A program made the translations under genes and the position numbers. The notes beneath the pieces are model-generated. The model searched no databases and was not told the origin of the DNA. It worked only from the letters and a program-made list of their open reading frames with translations. A stretch of DNA of 63,556 bases, the filler included, from Sphacelaria rigidula (Eukaryota): assembly GCA_964200075.2 (NCBI GenBank). It is 6 parts of 6 records of this genome, joined end to end, with 100 filler letters (N's around TTAATTAATTAA, not from the genome) between each part and the next. Parts side by side here need not be neighbours in the genome. Positions count along the whole stretch, not along the records: positions 53,049 to 63,556 come from CAXNAA020006369.1; 5 more parts are not named here. One strand, given 5' to 3'. This document shows positions 61,990 to 63,556 of this stretch, one piece after another (position 1 is the stretch's first letter; each line of letters starts with the position of its first letter).

Positions 61990-63556
61990 CACACCGTATC
62001 AGCTTCATGCAAAAATGGTGTTCAGATCTCCGCGCCGTGGACGTGATGGACCTTGCTGAGATAGATGTACGATACGCTCGTGACAACCTGGATAACTCGT
62101 GGTTCTTCTATTGCATGACGCGCATGCAGTCATGCTCGGTGGTTGGCCTACATCGTACACACATACACAGCATCACTGGTCGAGCATTACGTAAATATCA
62201 TACCAGCTCTAGTGAAGCCGTGCCGAATAGTCCAGTGCTTCGTCACTCGATTTGGGGTGCGGCCAATGTACGCTTAGAACACAGTACTGTACTTCAAACC
62301 CAAAATGTCTTTTCCACAGCATCTCTGCATGATTGGAACCCTGCGCCTGCCCCCCCTCCTCTAGCCCCTATCCCCCTCAAGTCAAGGACGAATATACATC
62401 ATACCTAGGCTCACCTGTACGATACTTGTTGAAGCGCCGCGGTCACTTACGTCAAATGAATATTCTTCGGCTGAGTTGCCACTTATGCTGCTGTATGCTC
62501 TGTGTGCTGTGTACGGTGTGAGAACGTGTACAGTATGAGATGTGTTTTTGTATTTGTATCTGAGGTGTTGTTCTGAGATTACTTCAAAATGACCTACGGA
62601 TTGTACTGATATACCGAATGTGAATGCTGCGATTCAGACAGTGAACCCCAACTAATCAAAGGAGGTGTTATGCACCATCATCTACGGTTTGGATTTAAAC
62701 TGTTAGTATTTTGGGGCACGAGACTGCACCCAAAAATATCTTTATTCCTCCTCGAGTTTTGAAAATGGATATGGCGATCGTCACCTTGGCCACGAGGCAA
62801 GGCACCATCACTTTGACATCTTACGTGCAGTGCTGTTAGTAGAAATCACACAATCTCTCGGCAGCGTTTATGCAGCGTGAATGCTCGAGGGATACAGATC
62901 GGCGGTGCAGACGAGCATGTGAGGTATTTGGTGTGCTGCACTGTTGTCTGTTGTCATGTCACCAAGCTCAGGACTTCACGCTGGTATACGGTATACTGTA
63001 CCGACCTTCCTCAGTGAAGTGCAGTAGCTTACCATGTCGTACCGTACAACAAGGTAAATTACAGTAGGTGCAGTAATCGACCCCGCTTTCCAGGCGTGAA
63101 TCGCCTTTGCTATGACTACGAGTACGCCGCCAGCAAATTACACCAAGCGTGTTGGCAGATCGTGACGCCCGGCAACAGGCAGTAACACTAGGCTCCATCG
63201 TGAGGACGAGCTTTGATCGGATTGTTTTACAGAGATGGCATGTCCCTACCACAGCACGGTACGGTACTATTGTTTGTGTTGATACTGTTGATACGCGCGC
63301 GATTTGAAAAGCTGCAATGCAGTTGTCGTGTTTTGTGCCCGCACACCAACGATCGCCGGTGTGCAAGGTGCTAGCCAGTGAGTGCACTTGGTGAGCCGCT
63401 GTTGACACCAGAGGCACTCCCACTCCCATCACAGGACAAGGGGGGGCGTTCTCATAAAGGGGGGGGGGGGGGGGGGGGTTATTTTTTAATGGGCGGGGTG
63501 TTTGTCGCCCCATTTTTTGTGGTATAAAGAGAGGAGATGATTAATTGTGAAAACAA

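Noticed and set aside
59542-62130. Possible plus-strand gene divergent from the monooxygenase (candidate exons near 59542-59670, 60150-60250, 60575-60848, 62000-62130)
   Set aside because: No recognisable domain, and I could not build a phase-consistent splice chain.

Overview
This is intron- and repeat-rich eukaryotic DNA. The exon style, the LINE/Copia/Gypsy remnants and the TTAGGG repeats suggest a brown alga or related stramenopile (inference). The window is not one locus. It is six unlinked scaffolds of 10511, 10510, 10510, 10509, 10508 and 10508 bp, sorted by size and joined by artificial 100-bp N44-TTAATTAATTAA-N44 linkers. Scaffold 1: a decayed, near-full-length Ty3/Gypsy LTR retrotransposon with a C-terminal chromodomain, and one exon of a PfkB-family sugar kinase. 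Scaffold 2: a possible tyrosine-recombinase relic beside a ~120-bp degenerate array, and three spliced exons of a protein with tandem Cys-containing Ig-like domains and a long Gly/Ser tail. Scaffold 3: a LINE ORF2 fragment, an ~85-bp satellite, a MITE and 4-5 exons of an unknown gene with a GC-AG intron. Scaffold 4: an LPAAT/PlsC-like exon and several MITE/foldback elements. Scaffold 5: a (CAA)n tract, two copies of a TGT...ACA MITE carrying telomeric TTAGGG repeats, and an internally deleted Ty1/Copia element. Scaffold 6: three spliced exons of a bacterial-type ArsO/CzcO-like flavoprotein monooxygenase with a long N-terminal extension, which is the most interesting coding signal. All family assignments come from reading motifs by eye; no searches were run.
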